From Minisyncoccota bacterium (GTDB lineage Bacteria > Patescibacteriota > Minisyncoccia > Phycocordibacterales > UBA2100), in NCBI GenBank assembly GCA_031291875.1, contig JARLIE010000300.1, forward strand, positions 1 through 47,551: a stretch of DNA of 47,551 nt, read 5' to 3'. How positions within the stretch are numbered: the first letter of the stretch is position 1; each line of letters starts with the position of its first letter. The notes under the pieces were generated by a model. The model was not told the DNA's origin and did no database searches. It saw nothing but the letters and a program-made list of their open reading frames with translations. The position numbers and the translations under genes were made by a program. Below, in pieces: positions 10,173-20,000 of this stretch.

Positions 10173-10200
10173 AAGTCCCGGGCAAGTAGCCACGGGACTT
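10173..10200. terminator. Hairpin, probable bidirectional terminator
   Basis: AAGTCCCG(G)GC...GC(CA)CGGGACTT flanked by A-rich and T-rich runs. Confidence 0.5.
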
Positions 10201-10300
10201 TGAGTCATGTGCTGAATTCCAGGATAGGGAACTATGAACGAATACCCGGAACTCTCGCTCTAGGGTAACGAATTACCGTGGAGGCGCGATGAAGGAATCG

Positions 10301-10329
10301 TTGACATATAACAATAAACATGTTATCAT
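10301..10329 (+). promoter_or_regulatory. Sigma70-type promoter
   Basis: TTGACA-17 bp-TATCAT with extended TG; SD GGAGG follows before ATG 10358. Confidence 0.75.
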
Positions 10330-10357
10330 CCCCGAAGCTCAACTGGAGGATAGTTAC

Positions 10358-10531
10358 ATGAACGAATTTCAAGCCGAAATTCAAGCAAATCAAGCCGGTT
10401 CGCGTGACCATCTCGGTCGCCTCGTGATCGTTGTGCTCTTGCTCATCTGCGGCATATCCGCCGGGATGGTGCTGGTCGCGAACAATACGGATTTCTTCTC
10501 GAGCTCGTCGAGCACCGCCTGCCGCATCTGA
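10358..10531 (+). CDS. Small single-TM hypothetical protein (57 aa)
   Basis: Promoter, SD, hydrophobic segment LVIVVLLLICGISAGMVLVA and a downstream terminator. Confidence 0.65.
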   Translation: MNEFQAEIQANQAGSRDHLGRLVIVVLLLICGISAGMVLVANNTDFFSSSSSTACRI

Positions 10532-10553
10532 TCTTTCTAACCCCCCCCCAAAA

Positions 10554-10579
10554 AAAAGGCCGGAACTCTCCGGCCTTTT
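10554..10579. terminator. Intrinsic terminator (bidirectional)
   Basis: AAAAGGCCGGA-ACTC-TCCGGCCTTTT. Confidence 0.8.
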
Positions 10580-10600
10580 ACTTTTGGATTTAAAAAAGAA

Positions 10601-10854
10601 ACCCGGAAGTGACTCCGGGTGTGCGGCAATGGGTTCTCGGCAGGGGTGAGAACCGTTCCGCAAGTCACTTCATCGTAGCATAGCGCTGAGCACGGCAGAG
10701 GATACCTTCCGGTAGAAACACGTACGAACACCGGCAAAAAACAGATAGGGCTCGTATGAAAGAGACTATCTGCTAAAAGCAGAAATCAATTTCATACGAG
10801 CCAAATCAAGGGAAGATCTCCTCTGCAATCGCCATTGTTTCGGCGATGCAGAGG
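10601..10854. ncRNA. Candidate structured RNA / hairpin cluster
   Basis: At least five stems, plus a 9-bp alternative or pseudoknot pairing between 10606-10614 and 10663-10671. Confidence 0.35.
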
Positions 10855-10926
10855 TACTGTTAGTATAACTCCCGATATTTGCTCTATGGTACAATTACAC
10901 CATTACCTGTAACCACAATAATCACC

Positions 10927-11145
10927 ATGAAAACGATGACCTGTGCCCAGATGGGAGGACCTTGCGAAGAAAAACTTAGTGGCAACACTCCCGAGGAGTT
11001 GATGGGAAATGCCATGCACCATCTTGAAGCTGCTCACCCGCAAATGGCAGCAGACGTCAAGGCGACTCCAGCAGATGCTCCTATGATGGTGGAGTGGAAC
11101 AAGAAGTTTATGGAGGATTGGGGGAACACGCCGGATTCTGAATAA
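10927..11145 (+). CDS. DUF1059-like small metal-binding protein
   Basis: MKTMTCAQMGGPC....G.TPEELM....HL...H. Confidence 0.7.
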   Translation: MKTMTCAQMGGPCEEKLSGNTPEELMGNAMHHLEAAHPQMAADVKATPADAPMMVEWNKKFMEDWGNTPDSE

Positions 11146-11180
11146 GAATCGGTTTCTCATTAGAAATACAATCGGTGTTT

Positions 11181-11489
11181 ATGGTTTGGTACCTGTACGT
11201 TGCGGGATTTTTCGCAGGAGCTTTTTTGGCTAATGCGGTCCCGCATTTCGTGCAGGGAGTTGCCGGAAACAAATTTCCGACACCGTTTGCAAAACCACCC
11301 GGGAGAGGGCTGTCGTCTCCGATGCTCAATGTGCTCTGGGCGCTCTTGAATATTGTGATCGGTTACCTGTTTCTGAGGATAGGACAAGTGAGTGCCGACA
11401 CTACACTCTCGCTCGTTGTCTTTTTTGTTGGCGCCTCGGTGATTAGCATTTTCTCGAGCATGAATTTTCAGAAGAAGGACAGAGAATAG
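11181..11489 (+). CDS. Small membrane protein (conserved hypothetical)
   Basis: 3 TM; NAVPHFVQG..G.KFPTPFA.PPG.GLSSP..NVLW pattern. Confidence 0.75.
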   Translation: MVWYLYVAGFFAGAFLANAVPHFVQGVAGNKFPTPFAKPPGRGLSSPMLNVLWALLNIVIGYLFLRIGQVSADTTLSLVVFFVGASVISIFSSMNFQKKDRE

Positions 11490-11616
11490 TCGACCCGAAA
11501 GTCGCATTTCGCGACACAATTTTATTATTGACAAGATACGATTTTCGTATATTCTCTTTTTTGCATCAACCAAAAAAGGAGGTTTCGATGCACAAGCCCA
11601 ACTGGAGTGAAGCCCC

Positions 11617-11745
11617 GTGACGGCGAGTTCCAAGCTCTTTAATTTGATCGGCATGACCCTGAAGTCGACCCTCGATGCCGCCGCCAATATCGGCGCTGAC
11701 ACCGGCACCGGCCAGGTCGCGAGCATGGCCGCCATCGATCATTGA
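11617..11745 (+). CDS. Putative 42-aa peptide, coupled to an upstream 10-aa ORF (11588-11620)
   Basis: GTGA overlap, GGAG upstream, GC3-rich codons; promoter at 11528 and terminator at 11838. Confidence 0.35.
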   Translation: MTASSKLFNLIGMTLKSTLDAAANIGADTGTGQVASMAAIDH

Positions 11746-11837
11746 TCGGGCGCGCGCCGGCTCGATGTTTGCCTGTAGGCGAACTAACCTCTCTGAGGAA
11801 TTAGATTTGCCCGCTGAACCCAGGTGAACATCACATT

Positions 11838-11865
11838 GGCCCCACTTAGCTTGCTAAGTGGGGCC
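11838..11865. terminator. Intrinsic terminator hairpin
   Basis: GGCCCCACTTAG-CTTG-CTAAGTGGGGCC, perfect 12-bp stem between convergent units. Confidence 0.8.
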
Positions 11866-11890
11866 TCCATCTTTTTAAAACGCACCAACC

Positions 11891-12109
11891 TTATTGGCCT
11901 TGGGCAGGATATTCCTTTGCCAGCCATTGCGCGAACTGAAGTGCCTGTGTTATCGAGCTTGAGGCATCCGGCGACGAGGAGGTCGCTTGATTTACTGGTG
12001 AAGAAACATTCGAGCTTGAGCTCAAGTGCAGGAAGAGTATGGCTAGAATGAGAATCACGCCGACGATCAATGCCACAAGTCCTAGGGAAACCTTTTTCTC
12101 AGGGTACAT
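11891..12109 (-). CDS. Small membrane-anchored protein (72 aa)
   Basis: ATG 12109 lies 6 nt after TATACT; TM followed by an S-rich linker. Confidence 0.6.
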   Translation of the reverse strand: MYPEKKVSLGLVALIVGVILILAILFLHLSSSSNVSSPVNQATSSSPDASSSITQALQFAQWLAKEYPAQGQ

Positions 12110-12231
12110 GCCTAAAGTATATAACCCAAAGCATTGCTCCTGGGACCCATTTCGAGAATAGAGTAGTGTAAGTGAACAAAGCGTGTCATAAAACAATCCA
12201 TCTCTAATTTTGTCAAATAAGGTGCTATACT

Positions 12232-12478
12232 GTGCAGGTCGCAAGAGTATCTCATCAAAGCGTGCATTAGACTCGTTTATATCCATGAGTCGACCGCGGA
12301 AACTATCCGCAGTGGAAAGTATCTAGACGTACGCTTAGGAAACAGAGTTTGCTTCGGAGGGGTCATAACGGCTCCGAATGTGTAACGCCTAAACGTCGTA
12401 CTTTAAAAAATCATCCGAAATGTTTGCGCAGTTGCTACTGCGCAGCAGGACTATTTACTTTCTAATCAAAACATTACC
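12232..12478 (+). promoter_or_regulatory. Long structured 5' leader / candidate cis-regulatory RNA
   Basis: TGCTATACT at 12223-12231, followed by four stem-loops before TTG 12479. Confidence 0.4.
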
Positions 12479-13570
12479 TTGAAAACAACTACTATATTCG
12501 CCGTCGTTATCGTGGTCGTCATCGCAATTGCCGGCTGGTTCTACTACGCCAATCAGGGCGTTGTCTCAACCGCAAGTACCACGGCGACTTCTACTGCCGG
12601 TACGACCGGAACTTCTGGAGATACCGGCCAAACCCAAACACAACCGAGCGCACCGACCGTTGTTACGGATTCTACGGTCGCCCCTACAAATTCAACTGCC
12701 GTTGTTACCGGCACGGTGACCCCGAACGGTACGCAGACAGCGTACTGGTACGAATTCGGAACAACATCGAATCTCGGCAGCAAAACATCGGTGGAATCAA
12801 TCGGTTCTGGTTGGAGCCCGATCCCGTCACCGGGGTACATTACGGGGCTTGCCACTAATACGCAGTACTACTACCGCCTCGATGCCGAAAATCAATACGG
12901 CTCTATAAACGGCACAACCTACAGCTTTAGTACCAACAACACGCCGGCAGTACACGGCAGCGTTCCGACGGTAAGCAGCAATGTCGCCGAAAACGTCAAC
13001 GCTACCGGTGCAACCCTCACGGCGAGCATCAATCCTCGTTCGTCACAGACGACCTACTGGTTCGAATACGGGACGGACACCACCTTCGGACAGGTGAGTG
13101 GCTTCCAATCGGCCGGTAATTCAGCTACTGCGGTCGCTGGTTCCGCGACGATCTCGGGACTCAACTCGCACACAACCTACTACTTCCGTGTCGACGCTCA
13201 GAACCAATATGGAACGGTAAACGGCACGACACAGAGCTTTATGACTACCGGCCCTGCCGCTTCGGCAGCACCGGTCGTCACGACGCAGCTCGCAAGCGCT
13301 GTCGGAACAACCACCGCGACACTCAATGGCACGGTGAATCCTAGCGGCACGCAAACCACCTATTGGTTTGAGTACAGCACCGACTCGCTCTTGGGCTCAG
13401 TGCTTACGCATTCGACGGCGCGACAATCTACGGGTTCGACGCCGACTACCGCTTCGGCGCAAGCGCAAATCTCGTCGCTTCAGCCGAGCACTAAGTACTA
13501 CTATGTAGTCGTAGCGCAAAACTCAGCGGGAGTGGTGCGCGGCGATAAACAAACCTTCACAACTAAATAA
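12479..13570 (+). CDS. Membrane-anchored surface protein with three fibronectin type III-like repeats
   Basis: N-terminal TM, T-rich linker, 3x (A.L.G.VNP.G.QT.YWFEYGT...GL...T.YYYR..AQN..G). Confidence 0.88.
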   Translation: MKTTTIFAVVIVVVIAIAGWFYYANQGVVSTASTTATSTAGTTGTSGDTGQTQTQPSAPTVVTDSTVAPTNSTAVVTGTVTPNGTQTAYWYEFGTTSNLGSKTSVESIGSGWSPIPSPGYITGLATNTQYYYRLDAENQYGSINGTTYSFSTNNTPAVHGSVPTVSSNVAENVNATGATLTASINPRSSQTTYWFEYGTDTTFGQVSGFQSAGNSATAVAGSATISGLNSHTTYYFRVDAQNQYGTVNGTTQSFMTTGPAASAAPVVTTQLASAVGTTTATLNGTVNPSGTQTTYWFEYSTDSLLGSVLTHSTARQSTGSTPTTASAQAQISSLQPSTKYYYVVVAQNSAGVVRGDKQTFTTK

Positions 13571-13574
13571 TCAT

Positions 13575-13817
13575 ATGGGTATCATTCTCTGGATAATATT
13601 TGGCGGCCTCGTAGGCTGGATCGCTTCGATGATCATGGACAGTAAGGAGGGATTGCTCTGGAACATCATCATCGGGATTGTCGGCTCGGTTATCGGTGGA
13701 TTCATCATGAGCCTCCTCGGCGTAGGAGGCGTAGACGGCTTCAACCTCTACAGCTTCGTCGTCGCGCTCATCGGTGCCTGTATCCTGATCTGGGGCGTAC
13801 GCGTCATCAGACGGTAA
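13575..13817 (+). CDS. GlsB/YeaQ/YmgE (transglycosylase-associated) membrane protein
   Basis: WIIFGGLVGWIAS..M, NIIIGIVGSVIGG, VALIGACILIW. Confidence 0.92.
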   Translation: MGIILWIIFGGLVGWIASMIMDSKEGLLWNIIIGIVGSVIGGFIMSLLGVGGVDGFNLYSFVVALIGACILIWGVRVIRR

Positions 13818-13851
13818 ACGGCTCGCAGCAGGTGCATAGAGCACTCACGTT

Positions 13852-13891
13852 GTGTAAGAAAACGCCCTCGCTTGAGGGTGTTTTCTTTTAC
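13852..13891 (+). terminator. Intrinsic terminator
   Basis: AGAAAACGCCCTC-GCTT-GAGGGTGTTTTCT. Confidence 0.8.
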
Positions 13892-14047
13892 AAGAGCGTT
13901 GCATCCTTGTCAGATCGGTACAGATCCGTCCGTATGGGGAAGTGCTATGATTGATGCACGCAGGTGCTGAAAGAAAGATGAAGCTGTCGCGTACTACTCG
14001 CGCATAGACTAATTATTTATAGCGGTAAAGAAAAACATCATCGGTAT

Positions 14048-14545
14048 ATGAATAAGAAAGGAATCGTTGTGGTAATTATCGGCATTATTGTGTTGGTCGG
14101 GATCGCTTCGCTGCTTTTGAGTAGCTTTGGCTCGACCTCGAGCACGTCGGCAACTACCTCGACCCAGACTCAAACCCAGACACAGGCGAGCACGACAGCG
14201 TCAGTGTCTTCAAGCACCGTGCCGCTGATGAGCAGCACAGGAGTTTTGTTCACGCAATACAAAAATTACAGTAAGGCGCACGAAATCTTCCCGACGCTCG
14301 CATCCGACACGAAAAAGGCGATGGGCGCCTTTGGCTACACGCAGACCGACCTCGGCAACAACACCTACAAGATCACGCTAACTAACAAAGCGGAAAATTA
14401 TTCCGGACAAAGCGTTATCGTAACGGCTGGTCAGTCCGTATACTTCATCGAGCCGGCGACGGGCGATGATAGCGCAACAGAAGACTCGATCACCACTGAC
14501 GACTCGTTGGTCGCCGTAGATGCACAGGGGTACATGCTCCAATAG
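14048..14545 (+). CDS. Membrane-anchored exported hypothetical protein
   Basis: N-terminal TM, S/T/Q-rich linker, small beta-rich domain. Confidence 0.7.
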   Translation: MNKKGIVVVIIGIIVLVGIASLLLSSFGSTSSTSATTSTQTQTQTQASTTASVSSSTVPLMSSTGVLFTQYKNYSKAHEIFPTLASDTKKAMGAFGYTQTDLGNNTYKITLTNKAENYSGQSVIVTAGQSVYFIEPATGDDSATEDSITTDDSLVAVDAQGYMLQ

Positions 14546-14547
14546 TC

Positions 14548-14919
14548 ATGCAAACTGCTTTGCGCATCGTCACCAACCCAGAAAACATATTGAGCTACGC
14601 GCTCGGGTTTGTCGTTTCCTGGTTTGGGTTGAATGAGATTTTTTGGCCGCAAGAATGGGTGACGTTCGCGCCGCCGTTTCTCGGGGACGGAACGCTTGCC
14701 GTAAGTCTCGTGGTGCTCCACGGTATCGTGCTCGCGAGCTGCGCGCTCCTACTTTTCACCGACACCTATCGTCGCTATGCGGCCGCACTTCTTGCGCTCG
14801 TCTTCTTGGAGGTCATTGTCGATCTCACGACCCAAACCGGGCTTTCTGATATCGCGGTGCGGGATGTCGGACTGTGCGGGATGTCGACCGGCTTAGCGTT
14901 CCTCTCCTCCTCGCGCTAG
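14548..14919 (+). CDS. DoxX-like membrane protein
   Basis: 4 TM; WFG..E...P..W and IAVRDVGL. Confidence 0.7.
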   Translation: MQTALRIVTNPENILSYALGFVVSWFGLNEIFWPQEWVTFAPPFLGDGTLAVSLVVLHGIVLASCALLLFTDTYRRYAAALLALVFLEVIVDLTTQTGLSDIAVRDVGLCGMSTGLAFLSSSR

Positions 14920-14940
14920 ATCAGCGCGCTGCGTGTCTCT

Positions 14941-15492
14941 ATGTACTCGCTCGATCTTGATGTTTTTTATGCGCTTCATAGTCTAGCCGGCCAAAGCGGA
15001 TGGCTCGACGCGCTTATCGTCTTTTTTGGCGAATACGTTTTGTATATCCTCCTTGCACTTCTTGCCTACCTCATTCTTCGAGCCGCCTTTATGGGAGACA
15101 TGAAAAAGGCATACGCATATTGCGGCTCGGCGTTCGGAGCGCTGCTCGCGCGTTTTGGTGTCGAGCCGTTCATTCATCTCTTCTATCAGCGCGAACGACC
15201 GTTTCTTGCGCTGCATGTATCCCACCTTCTGACCGATACAACGTATTCGTTTCCGTCAGGACACACGATATTTCTCTTCGCGCTCGCGACCGGTATGTAC
15301 TTCGTGCATAAGCCGCTCGGCTACCTTTTCTTTGCAGCAGGGCTTTTGGTGGGTCTGGCTCGGGTGATTTCCGGCGTGCACTATCCAACTGATATTCTCG
15401 GCGGGATCGTGCTCGGCACATGTACCGGTGCGCTCTTTTTTGTGCTTTGGCAAAGCGTTGGGAGAAGGTTCAATCTCGCGCTCTCAAAATAG
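14941..15492 (+). CDS. PAP2-family phosphatase (BcrC-like undecaprenyl-diphosphatase)
   Basis: RERPF, SFPSGH, ARVISGVHYPTDILGG. Confidence 0.92.
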   Translation: MYSLDLDVFYALHSLAGQSGWLDALIVFFGEYVLYILLALLAYLILRAAFMGDMKKAYAYCGSAFGALLARFGVEPFIHLFYQRERPFLALHVSHLLTDTTYSFPSGHTIFLFALATGMYFVHKPLGYLFFAAGLLVGLARVISGVHYPTDILGGIVLGTCTGALFFVLWQSVGRRFNLALSK

Positions 15493-15530
15493 CTTCCATA
15501 GAGCGAGCAAGTAGGATACAGTCCTCTCGT

Positions 15531-16982
15531 ATGTCCAAGGACGAAACCATTATCCGCTTTCAAGGCGTCTCGCACGAATTCGGCGGACGCAAAATCATCC
15601 TCGATGAGGTAGATTTTTCGGTGCGCCGCGGTATGAAGGTTACTCTCATGGGTCAAAACGGTGCCGGTAAAAGCACCATTTTTAAGCTCATTATTGGTGC
15701 GGAACAGCCGGAATCCGGCGAGATCATGATCGCCTCGGGCCTCACCATTGCGACGGCGCGGCAGGTGATTCCGCGCGCTGAGATGCAGCTCACGGTTCGG
15801 GAATTTTTCGAAAAGATGTTCTCCAAAAAAGTTTACGATATCGATCCTCGTATCGACGACGTGCTCGAGGTGGTTAATCTGCATGCCCCACACGATCGTC
15901 TTGTCGGCAGCTCCTCAGGTGGTCAGCAGGCGCGTCTGTTGCTCGCCTCGGCCTTGATCCAGGAACCGGATCTTTTGCTGCTCGACGAGCCGACCAACAA
16001 CCTCGACAAAGCCGGCATCGAACACCTCACAAAGTTCCTTATCAACTACGACAAAACCTGCATCGTCATTTCCCACGACGCGGCGTTTCTCAACTCCTTT
16101 ACGCAGGGCGTGTTGTATCTCGACGTGCACACGCACAAAGTTGAGCAGTATGTCGGCAATTATTCCGACGTGCTTCGCGATATTACCGCTCGCGTCGAGC
16201 GGGAGAATATGAAAAACGCGCAGCTCGAGAAAAGCATCATCGCCAACAAGGAGAAGATGAACTTCTTCGCGCAAAAGGGCGGCAAGATGCGTTTGGTTGC
16301 CAAAAAGATGCGTGAGAAAGCGGCGGAAATGGAAGAGTCGCTCGTTGACGTGCGACGCGAGGACAAGACCATCCGTCCGTTTACGATTCCTGCTCAGAAA
16401 GAGCTCTCCGGCGAGATCCTGAAGATCACCTCGTACACCACACTGAAGGATCACAAGCCGAAGGTTCACAAAAAGACGCTCGTGTTGAAGAAAAATCAGC
16501 ACTTGCAGCTGGTTGGTCCCAACGGAATCGGCAAATCAACCTTGCTTGAGTCGATCGCAAATGGCTCGGCGGAAGGCGCGGAAGTAGCAAAGGGGATTGT
16601 GATCGGCTACTACCGCCAGGACTTTTCAAACATGGATTTTGAGCGTTCAGTGTACGAAGAGCTCGCTTCTGTTATGAAAAATGCGCGGGAAGAAGAGCTT
16701 CGTTCAACCGCCGCCGGATTCCTCATCGACGCGGAATTGCTACGTACCAAGATCGGACATCTTTCGGAAGGACAAAAGGGGCTGGTAGCGTTTGCGCGAC
16801 TCGTCCTTATGAAGCCGGGACTCCTCATTCTCGACGAACCGACCAACCATATGAACTTCCGACACCTGCCGGTCATTGCAAAAGCACTCGATTCATATGA
16901 AGGCGCGATGATTCTCGTGAGTCACGTGCCCGAATTTGTCTCGCAAATTCGTATCGACGAGAAACTCGACCTTGCAAAGTAG
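15531..16982 (+). CDS. ABC-F family ATPase
   Basis: Two NBDs (GQNGAGKST, SGGQ, LLLDEPTNNLD, ISHD; GPNGIGKST, LSEGQ, LDEPTNH, VSH), no TM; start at ATG 15531. Confidence 0.93.
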   Translation: MSKDETIIRFQGVSHEFGGRKIILDEVDFSVRRGMKVTLMGQNGAGKSTIFKLIIGAEQPESGEIMIASGLTIATARQVIPRAEMQLTVREFFEKMFSKKVYDIDPRIDDVLEVVNLHAPHDRLVGSSSGGQQARLLLASALIQEPDLLLLDEPTNNLDKAGIEHLTKFLINYDKTCIVISHDAAFLNSFTQGVLYLDVHTHKVEQYVGNYSDVLRDITARVERENMKNAQLEKSIIANKEKMNFFAQKGGKMRLVAKKMREKAAEMEESLVDVRREDKTIRPFTIPAQKELSGEILKITSYTTLKDHKPKVHKKTLVLKKNQHLQLVGPNGIGKSTLLESIANGSAEGAEVAKGIVIGYYRQDFSNMDFERSVYEELASVMKNAREEELRSTAAGFLIDAELLRTKIGHLSEGQKGLVAFARLVLMKPGLLILDEPTNHMNFRHLPVIAKALDSYEGAMILVSHVPEFVSQIRIDEKLDLAK

Positions 16983-17021
16983 GGAAGTGACCACTTGCTT
17001 TGAGGTGATATAGCTACTCTA

Positions 17022-20000
17022 GTGCTACTACAGTACGGTACTTGTAGAGTCGTTAGCCCTACAGGAACTTACTCAATAATGGTTGGGAGTGGAGGAGCAG
17101 GAGGTACTTCCGGAGGTGACGGCTCAAATGGCGGCAATAGTGGATTCTATACGATTCTTGCGCTAGGGGGTGGTGGTGGGGCTGCAAATAACCACGATAA
17201 TGGTGCTGTTGGAGGTTCAGGTGGCGGTGGGTCCTGGGGTGGCAGCGGAGGCTCCGCAACTTCCAGTCAAGGTAATTCAGGGGGCAACGGCAGCGGAGGA
17301 GCAAATTATGCTGCAGGTGGGGGTGGCGGAGCGGGGGCTGCGGGCTCAAATGCACCGAATTCAAACGTTGGCGGCAATGGAGGTGGTGGAACAAGCAGTA
17401 GTATCTCCGGTTCACTAGTGACCTATGCCGGCGGTGGCGGTGGAGGTGGAGGTAATAGTAGTGGTGGAACGGGCGGATCAGGCGGAGGCGGTGCAGGATC
17501 AACCCCTGCAGTTGCGCCCAGCAATGGCACAGCAAACACGGGAGGAGGCGGGGGTGGCGCTGGCGGAAATGGCGCAACAAGCTGCGGTAGTCCTGGTATT
17601 AGCGGCGGCAGTGGAGGCTCAGGGGTAGTTGTCGTTGCTTATCCAACCGCACAGGCGAGTAATTTTACGTGCGGTGGCAGCTTGACCACGAGTGGCAGTA
17701 ATTCAATCTGTACATATACATCAAGTGGAACCTTCACGGTAAATTCGGTTGCACTTTCAACCTCGACACAAAGTTACTCAGACGCATTTGCATACATCGC
17801 GTCTCCACTTAATTCTTCTTTGTACACGAATTATGTGTACGATCCGTTGGGACGAACGACAGTTGCATCGAATATCGTCGGCACGACAACAAACACGTAT
17901 GCTGGCTGGGAGACAACGACTACCGATCCGGATGGACATGTAAAAGATTACTTTAACGATGACTTCGGCAATTTGATACAGGTAGTGGAACATCTTGCCG
18001 TCGGAAATGCGACGACGACTTACATGTATGATGCAGTTAATAATCTAGCGACAACAACGGATGCTGTCGGAAATGTTCGAGCATTTACCTATGACGGTTT
18101 AGGGGATCGACTTACTGCCCAGGATCTTCACGCCCCAGCCGACTCAACGTATGGAACATGGTCGTATACCTATGATCCGCAAGGAAACTTGAAATCAACC
18201 GTTGATCCGGACGGCCATGCAATTACCGATACCTATTCGGCGTTAAACCAACTTGCTACAGAATCGTTAACTGGTTCAGGTGTACAGATATCGAATTCTT
18301 ATGCCGGATGTTCGTACGGCAAAGGACAACTTTGTATAGCTTCTAGTACAGTCGCAAGAATATTGTATGGGTACGATCCGTTCGGCAGAATAATTATCGC
18401 AACCACGACTATCGCGACATCTAGCATTACTGCGACCTATGTCTTTAATTATGGATATGATCGACAGGGAAATCTCACCAGTGTTTTGAACAAAACAACT
18501 GGCGCATTTGTGGGTTATTTGTACGACACCGCCGGCCTCATTGCGAGCACTTCGAGAGGATTCGGTGGAGCAACATCCACCATTGCCTCGATGTTTAGTT
18601 ATTCTCCCATAAATCAAGTTGGTCAGGTAATTTTCGGATCAGGTGCCTCGACCACCTACTCGTATGATCCCAATGTTCTGTATCGCCTTACGAGAATTCG
18701 TACCCTTGGCGCAGGATCTACGACAACAGTTACCACCACCTATGCTACCTCGACCTTGAATAATAGCGTTGTTTCGTATTGGAAACTGGACGGGAATAGT
18801 AACGATGCTGCTGGTGGCAACAATGGTTCCGACAGCAACATCACGTACTCAAATGGAAATGGCATCATTAACCAGGGCGCAGGATTCAACGGTTCTTCGA
18901 GTGAAATAACGACGACTTTTTCCAGTTTTGGTTCATTTGCTACAGGCACGGTATCTGCTTGGGTGAAATTCAATTCACTATCCTCGGGCGAGATTATAGG
19001 GGAGTGGGATGTATACCCGGGCCATATTCTTGCCCTTTTGACAGATGGCACCAACCTCAGTTGTAATCGAGGGGCTGTGACGACGAACGCACAATCGTCT
19101 TATCCGATATCGAATTTCAGTACGGGTATCTGGTACAACATTGTTTGTACGGTTTCAGTATCGGGTGGTATTGCTTCGACTCAACTATACGTGAACGGGA
19201 CTGCGGTTGGCACCAATGTAAGTTCAGCTGGTACTCTCGATACCGGATCGAAAGCTCTTTCGTTAGGATCCGATTATTACAATGGGGCATGGGGCGGCTT
19301 CCTTAATGGAGATATTGACGAGGTCGGTATTTGGAATCGATTACTCACGCCAGGCGAAATTACGCAACTTTATAATTCTGGTGTAGGTGTTCCGTATCCC
19401 TTTGTGACGGCTACTAGCTCGACAACAACAGGATCTACTGCGCTACAGGATCTGAACTATACCTACGATCCGGTTGGTAATATTACGAGTCGCGTAGATA
19501 ATTCGGCCAACGGATATGGACAGCAGGTAACGTACACGTACGATCAACTCAACCGATTGCTCTCAGCCTCAACCACGCTTAGTAATAGTAATTCGTACGA
19601 CCAAACCTTTGCTTACGATCTTTTGGGTAATCTTCTGACGGGTCCAAACGGAACTTATTCCTACACAGGGAATACCGGGTCAAACTATGCGAATCCTGAT
19701 GCAGTTACGCAAACGGTTCTAACAACCGGCGCATCTGCACCAACTATCGTGTTCGACAACAGCACCTTAGGAGGTGCCGGTTCGTACGTATCCTCGCTCA
19801 CATTCGCGCATACGACCAACAACACTGGAAATGGTCTCATTTTGGTCAGCATTGAGGAAGCTTCACCAAGTGTCTGTAATAGCGCTTCGATCACTAGTGT
19901 TACTTATAACGGAGTGAGCCTCTCAAATCTTGGTTACTATACGAGTAACTCAAGTCCGATTAATGGGGGAATGCAAACGTTCTACGGCTTCTCTCCGGCA

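Noticed and set aside
10234-10263. 9-aa ORF MNEYPELSL sharing ATGAACGAAT with the 10358 gene
   Set aside because: Too short to distinguish from chance or a small duplication scar
11160-11735. 191-aa minus-strand ORF
   Set aside because: Overlaps a supported + strand membrane gene and crosses a promoter region
11560-11880. tmRNA
   Set aside because: No tRNA-like ends with a T-arm, and no tag ending in ALAA-like residues
17080-17630. GGT/GGC-rich repetitive DNA as a repeat array or CRISPR
   Set aside because: Explained by glycine codons; no constant repeat-spacer period. No CRISPR array or cas gene was seen anywhere in the window.
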